Positions 52,201-64,000 of a stretch of 64,000 nt of DNA are shown here, in pieces. Made by a program: the position numbers and the translations under genes. The notes under the pieces are model-generated. The model was not told the DNA's origin and made no database searches. It worked only from the letters and a program-made list of their open reading frames with translations. Positions within the stretch are counted from its first letter, which is position 1; each line of letters begins with the position of its first letter. The stretch lies in NCBI GenBank assembly GCA_973895155.1, contig OZ316894.1, forward strand, positions 23,992,709 to 24,056,708. Reading direction: 5' to 3'. The DNA comes from Marsupella aquatica (Eukaryota; Plantae; Marchantiophyta).

Positions 52201-53925
52201 TTCCTCACCGAAAATGATATTCTTCGTGGCAATAGTTTGTATGCACCGCAAATATTTTGCAGTTGATCTGCCAGAAAGCCAGATTATCATGAGATAATTC
52301 TGTTGATACCAGGAGACAACTGAATATACCTGTTAATTATCTGTTTCAGACTATTTCGGAAGCACTATTTTGGAGAAGCTGATGAAGTTGAACTGAAGTT
52401 TGTGAGCAGGTGCTTCCTCTGCCTATATTCCACCCTCCAGTCTCTAGATTGCTCTTCGCTTGGGATTTGTTGCCCTCTCTGGATGGCGAAGGGTTGTAGA
52501 CAAAAGACTACTAGAAGGCGCGTGTTGAAAGCATAATATGTATGATAAGCAAATGTCAACAGGAGGCTATGACGTTGGACTACTAATGCCTCACTTATTT
52601 GAATATCAACTTAGGAGAGGGGGTGACGACCTAGCAATATTGAGCATCATTCTTAACCAAGAAATCCGGAGGTTGTCAACACAGGTACTTCCTTTTCCTT
52701 GGCTGAGTACAGTTGTGAAAATCTTAATCTGGCAACTGAAGGAAATGGTGCCAGACCTTGATTACTCAAAGAAAAATTAATTCAAGTGAGTTTTTGCTCT
52801 TCATCAGGTCATCTATTTTGCTATGCGTCTTTCTTGGCATTTTTCCGATCGTGTGCAATGGCTTCCTTGTGCTCCACCATTATCTATTTTTTAGTGGGGA
52901 CTTCTCAAGCATGTTTTAACAGAAGGGTAATACATGCAATCCAGTATATTTGAGACGAATTGTCATGATCCTGGGAATCGATCGTGGAAAGTACGTTACA
53001 TGTCATTTTGAATTCATCGTACAGGCTGTTTGGGAACAAGTATGTATGCTTGCTTTACCAGTACAGCTTGCTGGTCTGTTACTTACATGCAGTCAGTATT
53101 GGATGATATGCAGGTAATCAGAGTGAAATGGGCGCTTCACGCAAGGGAGGAGATTTTGTATGAACTTTTGGCACATCTGCGAGGGAAGAACGCACAAGCT
53201 GTCTTAAACAAGGTTGCAGAAAGCACCAGAGCCATGTTGGGGGAACAAGAAGCTGTTCGTGACCGCCTATTCACGGTTCAGGATGTAATGCAAAGCACTG
53301 TTCGTGCATCCCTCCAGGTTGTTATGCTCTCTGTTTCGGATTGGAATTGCATCACTAGACCATAGTGAATTAAACCTCACAATGTCACGAACACTTCATC
53401 ACAGTGTTGGGTGTTGGGTACATACCCATGTAGCAATTCATGTTTTGAAATTAGAATCTGACGATTACTATATTGGGTCCGATTTGTGTAACTAACCGTC
53501 ATAGCTAACTTGGATCTTGTTTTCACTCTGGGGTTCAGGATGCCAGCGTACGCATTCAGCACAATCTGGCAGTTATTGGTGGGGGTGGTCTATTTTTGTC
53601 CATAGTAGCAGGCCTCTTTGGCATAAACGTTGATGGAATACCTGGTGCACAGACACCTTATGCTTTTTCGATTTTCACAGCTATCTTTTTCACAGTTGGT
53701 GCTCTAATGATCGGGTTAGGTATGGTGTATCTAGGATTTAGAAAACCACCAACGGAGGAGCAGTTAGCATCCAGGAAGATAGAGTTGCAGAACCTAGTAA
53801 AGAAATTCCAAAACTCGGCTGAAGCTCACGAGAACGTAAGGGAAGTAGGAAGCTCTTGGAGTGACCGCGGACTTTCACCTGCTGACGACCTAGGTGATGA
53901 CTACGTACTTATGTCCTCTTCGTAA
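49253..53925 (+). CDS. CorA-like (2-TM-GxN) metal transporter family protein, 10 exons
   Basis: Exons 49253-49363, 49711-50035, ~50286-50506, 50779-51030, 51577-51768, 52091-52182, 52350-52409, 52615-52684, 53114-53317 and 53539-53925. Motifs DLWIDGLLCAYEF, WVPIGWARI, GPIWWCHV, VPVRVGGGLLFELLGQS, VIRVKWALHAREEI. Two C-terminal TM helices flank GLFGINVDGIPG. Confidence 0.92.
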
Positions 53926-56900
53926 ACGAGGACGCATAATCTTAACCCTGTGTCCTCATCTAATGACGTAAAGCTTCCCCATATGTGGGAGCTCATACCT
54001 GTTGTGAATCCATCTATAACTTCAAGATGCACATCATGTGGTTGTTTTTGTTTATATCAGTTTGTCTTGAAGGTTCTACTGACGTTCTTAATCTCTTGCT
54101 GGCTCTATTTTGGGGTCCAAGCAAATTATAATCAATAGTCAGCCACTAGAAACTCAGTTCGTAATTTGTGAATCAGTTCTTGATCCTTTGCTGGCTCTAT
54201 TTTGAGGTTCAACTAAATACTAGCCAATATTCAGCCACTAGAAACTGAGATCGTATTTTGAGAATCACTAACTGGTCTGTCCGGTTGCGTTTGATCACTT
54301 GTCTGCGGTTGTAGTTCGTTGCCTTTTATGCCTCTTACATAAAATGTAAGCCCAGAAGCAAGACTTTTCATCATTCCTGCGCACCCTCCTGAGCCCCTCC
54401 TCCACATTGCTGCAGAAACACTGGTTCAGTTGCTGGAACCTCGTGTGTTGAACTGCTGAGGAGGATAGCCTTCCTGCCTGCAGAAGCACCGGCTAACTGT
54501 GAGAGTTCCTGAGAAGAGTTGGCACCTAAGTGAAGTACATTCTTGTATATCTGTTCATAAATTGTTTATACATCGTGAAGTCAACATAATTGTGTGTGAG
54601 GGTCAAGTTTAATCAAGTTTTTGTGGGATTTCCGTTATATCGGGCATGTGTTAAATTAGATCTATATTTTAGGGCATTTGCAACTACTTTTGATGTTGTT
54701 GTTAAGGGTTGCGAATCTTTCCAAGGAGCCTATCAGCTTTTATGCTTGACAGTTTAACTTCTGCAGATCTCAAACTGTGAACTTTGGGTTTCAGTTGCAT
54801 AGTGCTTTTACCACATGGTCTTAAATATCTGAAGGGATATGGATATCATCGGCATCTACGTTCACCTCCTGTCATTTGTATTTTACTCTTCAGTTTGAAA
54901 CATGGATCTATGGATATCTTTGGACCGTCGGTGAGTACGTCGCTCCTTTCTATCGTGTACGCTCTTGCCCATCCTTCAGACAGCTTTGGGCAGCTTCAGC
55001 CTCTGGAACATTCAACAGGACTGATTGTATGGAGGGCAAACAGTGTTCGGATTCGATCGAGCTGCCGCAGCTCGCTTTGCATTATTTTGAGGAAAGAATC
55101 AAAAATTAAGTTTCTCGAGCTTGTCATTAGTCAAAAGGAAACAGCATCGCTGTTTTGACTGTCCGCAGTAGGGTGGCACTATGTTTATCGCGATCAAAGA
55201 AAGCTTCCTGTCACAGCTTTTAACGACCATGCTGGCTTGATCATTCTGTTGTCACAAGTAGGTCATCATAAGTCATGATGGAGGTGTGGGCACAAGTGCT
55301 TCCTTCATCCAATCGAGACGACTGTTCACCTGGTGTGGAATGAAACGCTCACTTTTGTCCTCACACTGCGCCTATGTGTATGGCTATCATCATTATTATC
55401 ATAATCTAGAGGTTTTCCCACGGCTCCAGTTTGAGGGAATGGGAGCCCCTTTGTGTTCTCAGATTTCAGATCACAGAAAACTAATAGTAGAGACTAGAAA
55501 ATTCTGGGGACAAGTTTTTCAGGAACGCAGACCCCACCATTGGATAATTATTATGCTTTCAGGGACTTCGTGGCACATTAGTCTGTTACAAAAGAGTCTC
55601 GAAGATCGAGAATTGACGGCAGGAAGACAGCCGACCAACGGAAGAACATAGTACAGTGGCTTCATAGGAGTGGACGCACTGTTTGTCTTGCAAAACGATT
55701 CAACAACCTAGACTCGACCGACAAATTGACGTAGCACTGTACCATTCTGTAGGCACAGTGGACCCACTGTTTTTGTCTGGCGGAACATTTTAATGTGAGC
55801 CCATTCTGCGATTCCCTCCCGTCCTAACTTGGTGGGTAAACCTTTGGTCCTAGTCTAAACCTCCCCAATACTAATATAGGATCGGCCCACCCCTGCCGCC
55901 TCCCCAGTACTAATGGAGGTCCACCCCACCTGTGCTCTCCTCACAATGCATAATTATGTGGACCCCAGGGGAGTTCAGTTACTCAGGTGTGATCACTGGA
56001 GTCAGAGCATTCAGACACACATGATCACATAGGTTATGTGATAGCATTAAGTATAGGGAAATGATGGATTGGTCTGGGGTTACTAGTCTCTAACCCTCTG
56101 ACCAGAAAGTGAGGAAATGCTGACAGGTCACAGTTGGGAAGTTTTTTCTAAGCTTTGTGGGAACAGGTTTAAGAGAGTAACCCCAGCCCAAGGAGTCATT
56201 ATCATACTTAATACTTGTCTGGAAAAAGATTACCGGGCAAGACTTTTTGGGCACAGGGTTATGGAAATGGTGGCACCTAGTAGAAAAGGTTACACAGAGG
56301 TAACCTTTATTCCTGACAAGAATCACGACACACAATGATATGTGATGTGATATATAGCAGCCATTACCCATGGAGTAATTACATGTTTGCCCACACCAGG
56401 ACAACAAGTTTTTGACAGGTGACAAGTTGATCTGGTCTTTATCTAGGGAAAGAGTTCATGCTTTCAAGGATGTGGTCATTGTGATCCTATGGGCGGGAAC
56501 AACGTTGCAATTGCTATCCATATACTGGACCATGTTGTAGCCAAGACAACCCAGGTCAATTCAAGGAGCAGTGCCTAACTCACAGGCATATGCTGTTTGG
56601 AGCCTAGGGATCTTTGGGGCTTGTCACCGTATAATTCTTCTATCTCCTTCAAGCTTGTGTGGTTTGTTGTCAGCGACTCTTGGGCGACAGCCTTATCCCT
56701 CTGTTTTGATTCTCGATCACTGGCTTCTTTCAACAATGGGTGGTAGTTGCAATGTCTATATATGGGCTTAGATATTTACTAGTCTCCATAGGTCCGAGTT
56801 GGTTGGTTTTAGGAAAGAAATATGGGTTACTTTGCAGTTTTGGTAGAAACGATGGACTAAATTGTGTTATTGTCCTGATTGCCTCTAAAGACATAATTAT

Positions 56901-57242
56901 GTGTCACAACTCTAGCCTCGGCTCCCTCCTTACCTTTTAGTACCATACCCCTTGCTCATCTTCCCACCCAACAATTTTTTGCCTCAGTCTATGGGCATGC
57001 TTGCCACTCATCTCACCTCGATCACCTGCTGCCTTACTTCTCACAAGGCATAACTCCTGTCCATCGTTCCCACCCACAATGTTTTCCATGGATCACGTAC
57101 TCATGCTCGCACCACAACATTTTTGCTCAACTCTCGTGACCCTAGGAACAAATGAATGTACACTTTGTTAAAGATAGCAAAGCCACAAGAAGGTCACAGT
57201 TCTGAAATTACAACAGTGCACGGGCATTATTTGGGCTAGTAT

Positions 57243-57427
57243 ATGATACTGCTGTAGGTGATCGACAAGTGCAGAACTGGAGATCAATTGGGGTCGATTG
57301 AATGGACTGCAATTCGTTGTTTTTAGCTTTTGGAGATGATACTAATGTAGGTGATCGACAAGTGCAGAACTGCAGATCAATTGGGGTCGATTGAGTGGAC
57401 TGCAATTTGTTGTTTATAGCTTTTGGA
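57243..57427. repeat. ~93-bp tandem duplication
   Basis: ATGATACT...GTAGGTGATCGACAAGTGCAGAACTG...TAGCTTTTGGA occurs at 57243 and 57336. Confidence 0.85.
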
Positions 57428-60004
57428 CATTACAGGACATACGTAGAGTTGAATTGTCTTCGGAATAAAATAATTCTTTTATACTGAAATAGGGCCAAAA
57501 AAGTAAAACATGCAGCCTTTGCTGAACATGAACTGATTCTATTTCATCCTAGTGTGGTGGGGGTCATAGAGTCATGCGTGATAAAGAACTTCAAGTTTGA
57601 TAAGCTTGGATTCCACTGGGGAACCTCAAGCAGTGAGTATAGATCTCTGAGGAGCACATGCCGGTAAGAAAGGGAGCGAAACAGAAACCCTCCAGGAAAC
57701 CACAAAAAAAATAAAAAAATAAGCTAAAGTTGTCGTTGAATCCTCATGTAAGCCTAGAGAAAGATAGTCTACTCTTTGTTTGTGGCAGATTTAGTTTGCT
57801 CTAGAGTCGAGTTGTAAAGGGTTACCTTATCCCACCCAGAAACGTAAATCTGACACTTGTGACACTTTTTTCGAAATATGCCTGAAGTAATATGTCTACT
57901 TGTCTAGGCTAGACTAGACTGCTGCAGTAAGTATGCAGCTTGCTCATCATAAGCGGCTAGTTCCGAATACTCGTCATGCATGGATTGATCAGAACGATAA
58001 TTGACAAAGTCGTCCATCTTTGATCTCTTCGTTGATGATTCCGAAGAAACCCGCTGATGAGCTCCTCTGACGTGAAGGGACTGGGCGGCCGTGACTGAGG
58101 TCGTAGTAACGGTTTGCACCTTGTGTTGGGGCCAATTATGCTTTGAGAGAATAGAAGATTGTGTCTCAAACAATACCTCTCCTATGCTTCTCCGTCACTC
58201 CAGTTGGAGAGCTACGTGTCAGTCTTCTGGAAGAAATCGAATGTCAAGTAGTAATCATATTGAGAGTTGTGGAGGACGAGTATGGATCCTGTCCAGGCCA
58301 GTGGTCCGGGTACGAGGTGAGAGTGTCAATTGACGTGTGACACCAAAATGCAAAGTCCCATAGAATTGAGGGTTGAGGTTTGTATCCAGGGAAGACCGTG
58401 CCAAAGCTGTCCCTCCTCGCCCCTTTGGCTGTGTATCAGCGATTCTAAAATCCTCCACGTATCTACTTTGCTGGAAGTCGCATTACTGATGTATCTCGTC
58501 CCAAACTGTACTACAATCTTCCCCCCCAAAAATATCTTTGTATCAAAGAATAATTAGGAAGCCCAAAATTTAGCTCCGAAATTGTCGCCGAAATTTAAGT
58601 TGAATCGTCCAAGATCTTTGGTGTTGGCCGGGTGCGTCACACGTAGAGTCCATGCATAGAGGTCTATTACTCATTGCTTTCGGTGCCCAATTGCCATGCA
58701 AGCTTGCCAGACTTAATTTAAAGTTGTTTAGTGCATAGAAATCTTTCGGGGGCATTTCCAAGGGGACACAGCTGAAGGTTTGGTACATACACACACTTGG
58801 ATCTTTGCGGTGAGGCATTTCAGTGTCTGCCTATCTGTGTACACCTTGCCCCGTTCAGTGAAGCATTGCCTAGCTAGAATCGAAGCTCATAAAAGTTAAG
58901 TTGCGAGCTTTGTGAGTCTAACAAAAGTGAGTGAAACCCATAGTTATAGGTCCACATATTAAGGAGATCTCTGATTCACTTCAACACTACCGAGTGATGG
59001 GTAACGCGCGAGAGTCATCTAAGTGCTGTGGCTCTGTGTAGAGGACCACAAATCAGCTTGAAGAGGGTTGGTTTCAAAGGTGTGAATCCAGCCAGTCATT
59101 CTCTTACTGTCTAGAGTCTTGATTCAAAACCTCCAGGAGACTCCAGTGAAGTCATTCATCTGTATGGGTCAAAGGAGAGTGATGAAGAAGCAGAAGGACA
59201 ATTGGATAATCTTTCTGTTCTAGCTCGGATGTGAATAGCATCGACCAATTTTTGCCTGGCTCTTTGTACGTCCTTGATCTACAGTAGGTACTAGCTTCTT
59301 CGGTCAGTTAGAACACGGATGAAATTCTAATTGTCAAAGGAGAGTCGTTATCACTATGCGGAGACCTAGCTTAGTTTGGTACACTTCCAGATACATTCGT
59401 GCAGACATCCGAGAGATATTTAATTCACTTCAAGTCTCCCCTTGGTAATCAGCTGAAGCAATACAACATTCTCTCCGACTAGAGAGTCCAAGAACGGTTT
59501 TCCAGACTACGTACAAGCTAGAGGCAGGATACTAACTGTAGCATGCGATTGGACGCCCAGCTACAATTAATAGGACCTGAGTGTTCTCATCCTGTGAAGT
59601 CAGCTTCAATACCATCAATTCGATAGACTTCCGGAAGAATGCTATCATCGATCAGCATTTGTAGACTCTGATGACTTTGATGTTTCCTCTCTTCTGTGAG
59701 CTCTGAAGGTTGAAGAATGGATCGCTCCGACGGAGTAACCAAGGTTGAGAAACAAGTGGGAGCTACGTACAATGGTCATCGGCGTTGGTGAGGTTGTTGG
59801 AAATCGTCTTCCCACAATACTATAGTCTGTGACTCTATCTAGAACAGGAGCAGTGCGCACGTACTCATGTAGGGACGAAATCTTTAGCCTCATCGTTGCT
59901 TGAATCCGTCACGGCCGGGCGTCTCTGGCAGCTGATTGAGGTTCTTCAGGTGCTCATACAGTGCGCAGAGAGGCAGTGAGTGAGGGCAGCTAGCTGCGAC
60001 GACC

Positions 60005-63000
60005 ATGATGGAGAGACTACGTGAGAGGATGAAACCAGTGAGGCCGGTGGCCCATCTGATGGTGGCGTGGTTTCTGTTTTTCGCTGCGCTTCACATGACT
60101 ACCCCCTATATGGTCGACCTCCTGATTGGTGCCGTTTGCGAGGACAACACCGAATGCAGCAACGTGATTATACTGATGGGTTCTCAACAGATTGTGAGTT
60201 CCCTTGCTTTCTCCTCAGTACTCTCTGTTCCACCTGGGTCGCTAAAGCTGAGTTGTTTGCAAGTGGGTTTGCATGTTTTTGTTCTCAATCATGTCTTTCA
60301 AATGGCCACTTAACAGCTAAAAATTAACCTTTCTCCCATGAATTCAAGGTTAACAATCTACTGTAGCTAGTCCGAATTTATTGAATCTACGTTGCTCCGA
60401 TTGGGGAACTGTGGACGGTACAGAACACATGAATATTCCAGTTGCTTCTTAGCATTCTTTGAACTGAGTGTTGGCTCTCTGGTAGACATGAGAATTTTCA
60501 CCTTCGTCCAGGGTTGCCCCAAATTGAGATAATCTGGATTTCCATTTCCAGATTACCTGACAGGTTGTCGCTCTGAGAATTCCCCACCACCAATTGGGGA
60601 TATCTCGGCTGCGCTGGAGACTCTTTCCCATTAAAAGTTGCTTGATGTGCTGATGTTTGTCAGTTGTACGAGGATCACCTTGACGAACATATATGAGATA
60701 TGATTCTGCTAATCCGCTGCCAGTGTTTCCTAGTTTGTTTCGCGAACGCCATCTTTGAGGATCATTTCTGCTCATCATGAGCATCCTACAGCTGCTGGTT
60801 GCCGCTATACTCATTAGGACCTAGCTTCCCCATGTAACCAATTTCACTTGCTGGTCCGTACCTGGCTTCGAAAAGTTGAGCCTCCAGTTCACTACTGTAG
60901 TCCACCTTCGAATTACTGATGGCGGCTGTTGAACCTGATGTGTCAGTACTAGTGTTAACGAAGTGATGCTCATCCTTCCATTCAAAGGCCTCGATTACTG
61001 CTAGTGATTCAGAGATTTCAGTGTTATCCCCGTTGTATCTGACATGATCTTCGTCAGTTTCCTTGTGTTAGCTAGCTAGAGATTGGTAGTGAGACTTTCC
61101 ACCGGTATACATGGCGAAGGCCCACAAAACGCTTACTCCTGCTTGCGTTCTGGTCCCAACCGATATTCTCAATTGGGCCCCACGGACATCGCAATGCGGA
61201 CGTCAAAAGTTGAACCCCGTAATCCAGTCCCGCGATGTCCTCCTTAATTCACGCACTACTGAATATCGTTATGGACCTAGTGCTCTGTCATATCGATTGG
61301 TTCATGTCTGTGTTTTGGTTTACACCGGAACCAACCCATTTATTCCCACCTTTCACCAGACACTCCGAGCCGGGATTCCCGGTGGGATAAAGGGAGTTTG
61401 TTTGTGGAGCATCTGAGTAATTTCACCAAGGCGCTATTTCAAAGCGTCTCTAGCTTGCCCTTTGATTCGATAAGCAAGAAACAAAGCAGACCGTCCACAT
61501 CGACGCTTGTCGCACTATTACGGTTCAGGGGTAATTCATTTTCCAAAATAAACTGGGGGCAATGGAAATGGTGGCCACCAGGTAACGATTGAGAGTTAGT
61601 GGTATAGAAAGTGCTCGAAGGGAAGGACTGTACGCCACTACACTATCTAAGGTACTCAGAAACAACCTAATCACAGGTGTGCTCAAAATTGCTCCTTTAA
61701 TTGTCCCATACAGCACTGCACCCTGTTCCAGCATTGCATGGAAACTAATTAAATTCGCCAGGCTGTACGGTAGGAAAGGCTGAAAACCATACCAAACTAT
61801 CAACATTTGCAGTGCACACTCATTACTGAAAGCTCAGCACTCTGCATACTCATGAGTGTCTTCGTGCCTCCATGTGTTGCCACTTACAGATCACTGGCCT
61901 CGGTACAATTGTCTTTGCACCCGTTCTGGGTAGCATATCTGATGATTATGGGCGGAAACCTGTTTTCAAGATCATCTTATTTACGGCAATCTTGCCACCA
62001 GGTAAGACAGATCGATAATCCAGAAACCACTGTGCTAGCTAGAAATTCAATGCCTTGAGCGCAATTGGCAGAATTGGAAACTGTGGAGCTCTCTAGGGTT
62101 CGCTAATGTGAAACCTTGATCGACTGCTACCTCGGTCAACGGTTCCATAAGGTTATATAAGAAATCTTTAAATTTCCATTTCTTTTGACATGTCAGTCTC
62201 TACCAAAGAGTTTGAAAATATAAGTCATGAACATAACGAAGATATCTTTTTGAAGCATCCATTTTCAAGCCAAATGCTGCAAAGTTAGTCTCAAAACTCA
62301 GAACGTCATTGTAAATTTCACTACCCCGGCTGAGAAAATCGCTAAATTTGTTGAAAGCTGACTTGCACTTTGAACAGTGATACTGGCCTACAAGAGGACC
62401 GAAGTGTTCATGTACACGTGGTTTCCGCTCGCCTTGGTTGTAACGATTATCAAAGACGGGGCTTTGGTACCCGCGGGTCTTGCTTATGTGGTGAGTTTCC
62501 TTTTCTTACCTTTTGAAAGAAAGTTTCCATTTTCCAGTACCTTTGAGAAAATGGGCTCCTACATCCTGAAGTCGAAGAAATCGGGCTTAGATGTTTCAAT
62601 GAAGAATTTTGAAAAGACTGGAAAAACGTTCTTATAGAACTTTACTCACCTCTTGTTGTCGCTCTGCTTTCCTTGCCCTCCGTTTTCCTTGCCCTCCTTA
62701 TTCCAAAAAACCGATTTGCTATGTGGTTATCCACGACAGGCAGATGTAGTAGACGAGAAGCACCGAGCAGCAGCTATGGCCTTGGCCATCAGCGCCATCA
62801 CAAGCGGTGTTCTAGTGGGAACAGGGCTTGCATATTTCTCCAAGGTGGACAACGCATTCTGGGTAAGTTGCTAGTCCCAGTTGTGAGTATCGATCATCCC
62901 AACTTTAATTCAGAATGACACAGGGTGGACAGGTTTTTGCTTCTGTTTTATACTTGTTCAAGGACATCGAATGATACACCTACTACTTGTGGTCGACTAT

Positions 63001-63993
63001 TAAAAAACAAAACAAATGAAATTAAAACAATGAACATTTGGGCTACTAATTGAAGCTTGGTGTGGACAATTTCCATTCAGATTGCGGCGGGGCTTTACAT
63101 CTCAGCGGCAATCTATCTGCAGCTCTTTGTGAAAGAATCCAACCCAAGAATTGCTCTACTTCCCGCAGACCTATCATCACGCTCAGAGCTGACAGCGAAG
63201 TTGATATCAAAGCCTGCATGGACAAGACAATCTCTCAAACAATCTTTCCACTTTCTGGAAACTGCGAAGACTGTTTGGAGGAGGTGAGAATCCTAGTCTG
63301 GTTGTAAACTATGAGACAAGAAACCTAAACTTGCAATTGATCATGCGTTTTAATTTTTATATGAATATGCCGGATGCCTGCTTTGTGATTCAGTCCATGG
63401 CTGAGGACTCTAGCTTTGGTGGACTTCATGAACGGCTTTGCTGTATCAGGCGGTACGAGCTTTCTATTGGTACAGTTCTGTCTTCGCAGACCTGACCCGT
63501 GCACTTGGTGTTTCAACATGTGGCATTCGGCCTTTACCTAGAAAGCAATTACGCCGTTAACAGCTGTCTCTTCGTTTGATGTGCTCTTTAGTTAGTGTCC
63601 ACTTTTCAGATCTTGTATTTGTTTGTTTATGATGCAGTTTTTCTTAAAGGCTGCCTTCGGATTTGGAAAAGATGAATACTCCGTGATTGTTATGGCTGGG
63701 GCAGTAAGTGCTGTTGGTGGACAGGTAAGTTAAATGCCAGCTGGCCAATTTTGGAATGTTCGACTTAATATCTTGACAAGTTTGTCCAATTCAATGTGCC
63801 TACTTGGAGCTCGCCAGAATTTGATAAGAAATACAACGAGTCCCACATGCAAATGCTTCTCACAGGCGAATTGATTCAGCAGATTCTGATCCAATGATAA
63901 ATTTCCTTCCAGATGTTCATTTATCCAGCAATGGTTGATATCTTAGGTGAGCGACGGGTGCTCTGGATAGCTCTTCTAGGGACTGCTGGACAA
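60005..63993 (+). CDS. Major facilitator superfamily transporter (TetA/HIAT1-like), partial, continues past the window end
   Basis: Exons 60005-60193, 61890-62001, 62378-62490, 62740-62862, 63081-63283, 63394-63469, 63638-63724 and 63913-63993. MFS motif A-like GSISDDYGRKP, AYVADVVDEKHRAAA, LFVKES, FLKAAFGFGKDEYS, and multiple TM segments. Confidence 0.9.
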
Positions 63994-64000
63994 GTGAGTG

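Noticed and set aside
54200-59950. Short ORFs and splice-like signals between the CorA-like and MFS genes (e.g. 57904-58173, 59587-59893)
   Set aside because: I found no recognisable domains and no consistent exon chain. A lineage-specific gene or lncRNA cannot be excluded without RNA data.

Overview
Eukaryotic nuclear DNA from a land plant. The GT-AG intron-rich genes and TE content suggest a non-seed plant such as a bryophyte, but that is inference. I can reconstruct seven spliced host genes: a SpoU/TrmH RNA methyltransferase, a J-domain (DnaJ) protein, pyridoxal kinase (SOS4), a DUF3223/DCL-like gene, a THA8-like short PPR protein, a CorA-like transporter with a GIN motif, and an MFS transporter that runs off the window end. 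Bases ~4.3-24.6 kb are a transposon-rich block. It holds a full-length Bianca-type Ty1/copia element (identical 107-bp LTRs, AAAGC TSD, half-tRNA-Ile PBS, disrupted ORF), a second Bianca-type LTR+PBS, a decayed PIF/Harbinger transposase, a pogo/Tc1-like element and a MULE-like foldback. MITEs and a UDP-arabinose 4-epimerase pseudogene fragment occur elsewhere. I found no CRISPR array, rRNA or tRNA gene, and no convincing new multi-gene system. The best leads are the inosine-reading half-tRNA PBS, an in-frame insert in the RT domain, apparent frameshifts in two neighbouring genes, two perfect 24-25 bp inverted repeats, and a speculative 2OG-Fe(II)/TET-JBP-like relic. All family calls come from recognising motifs by eye; no searches were run.
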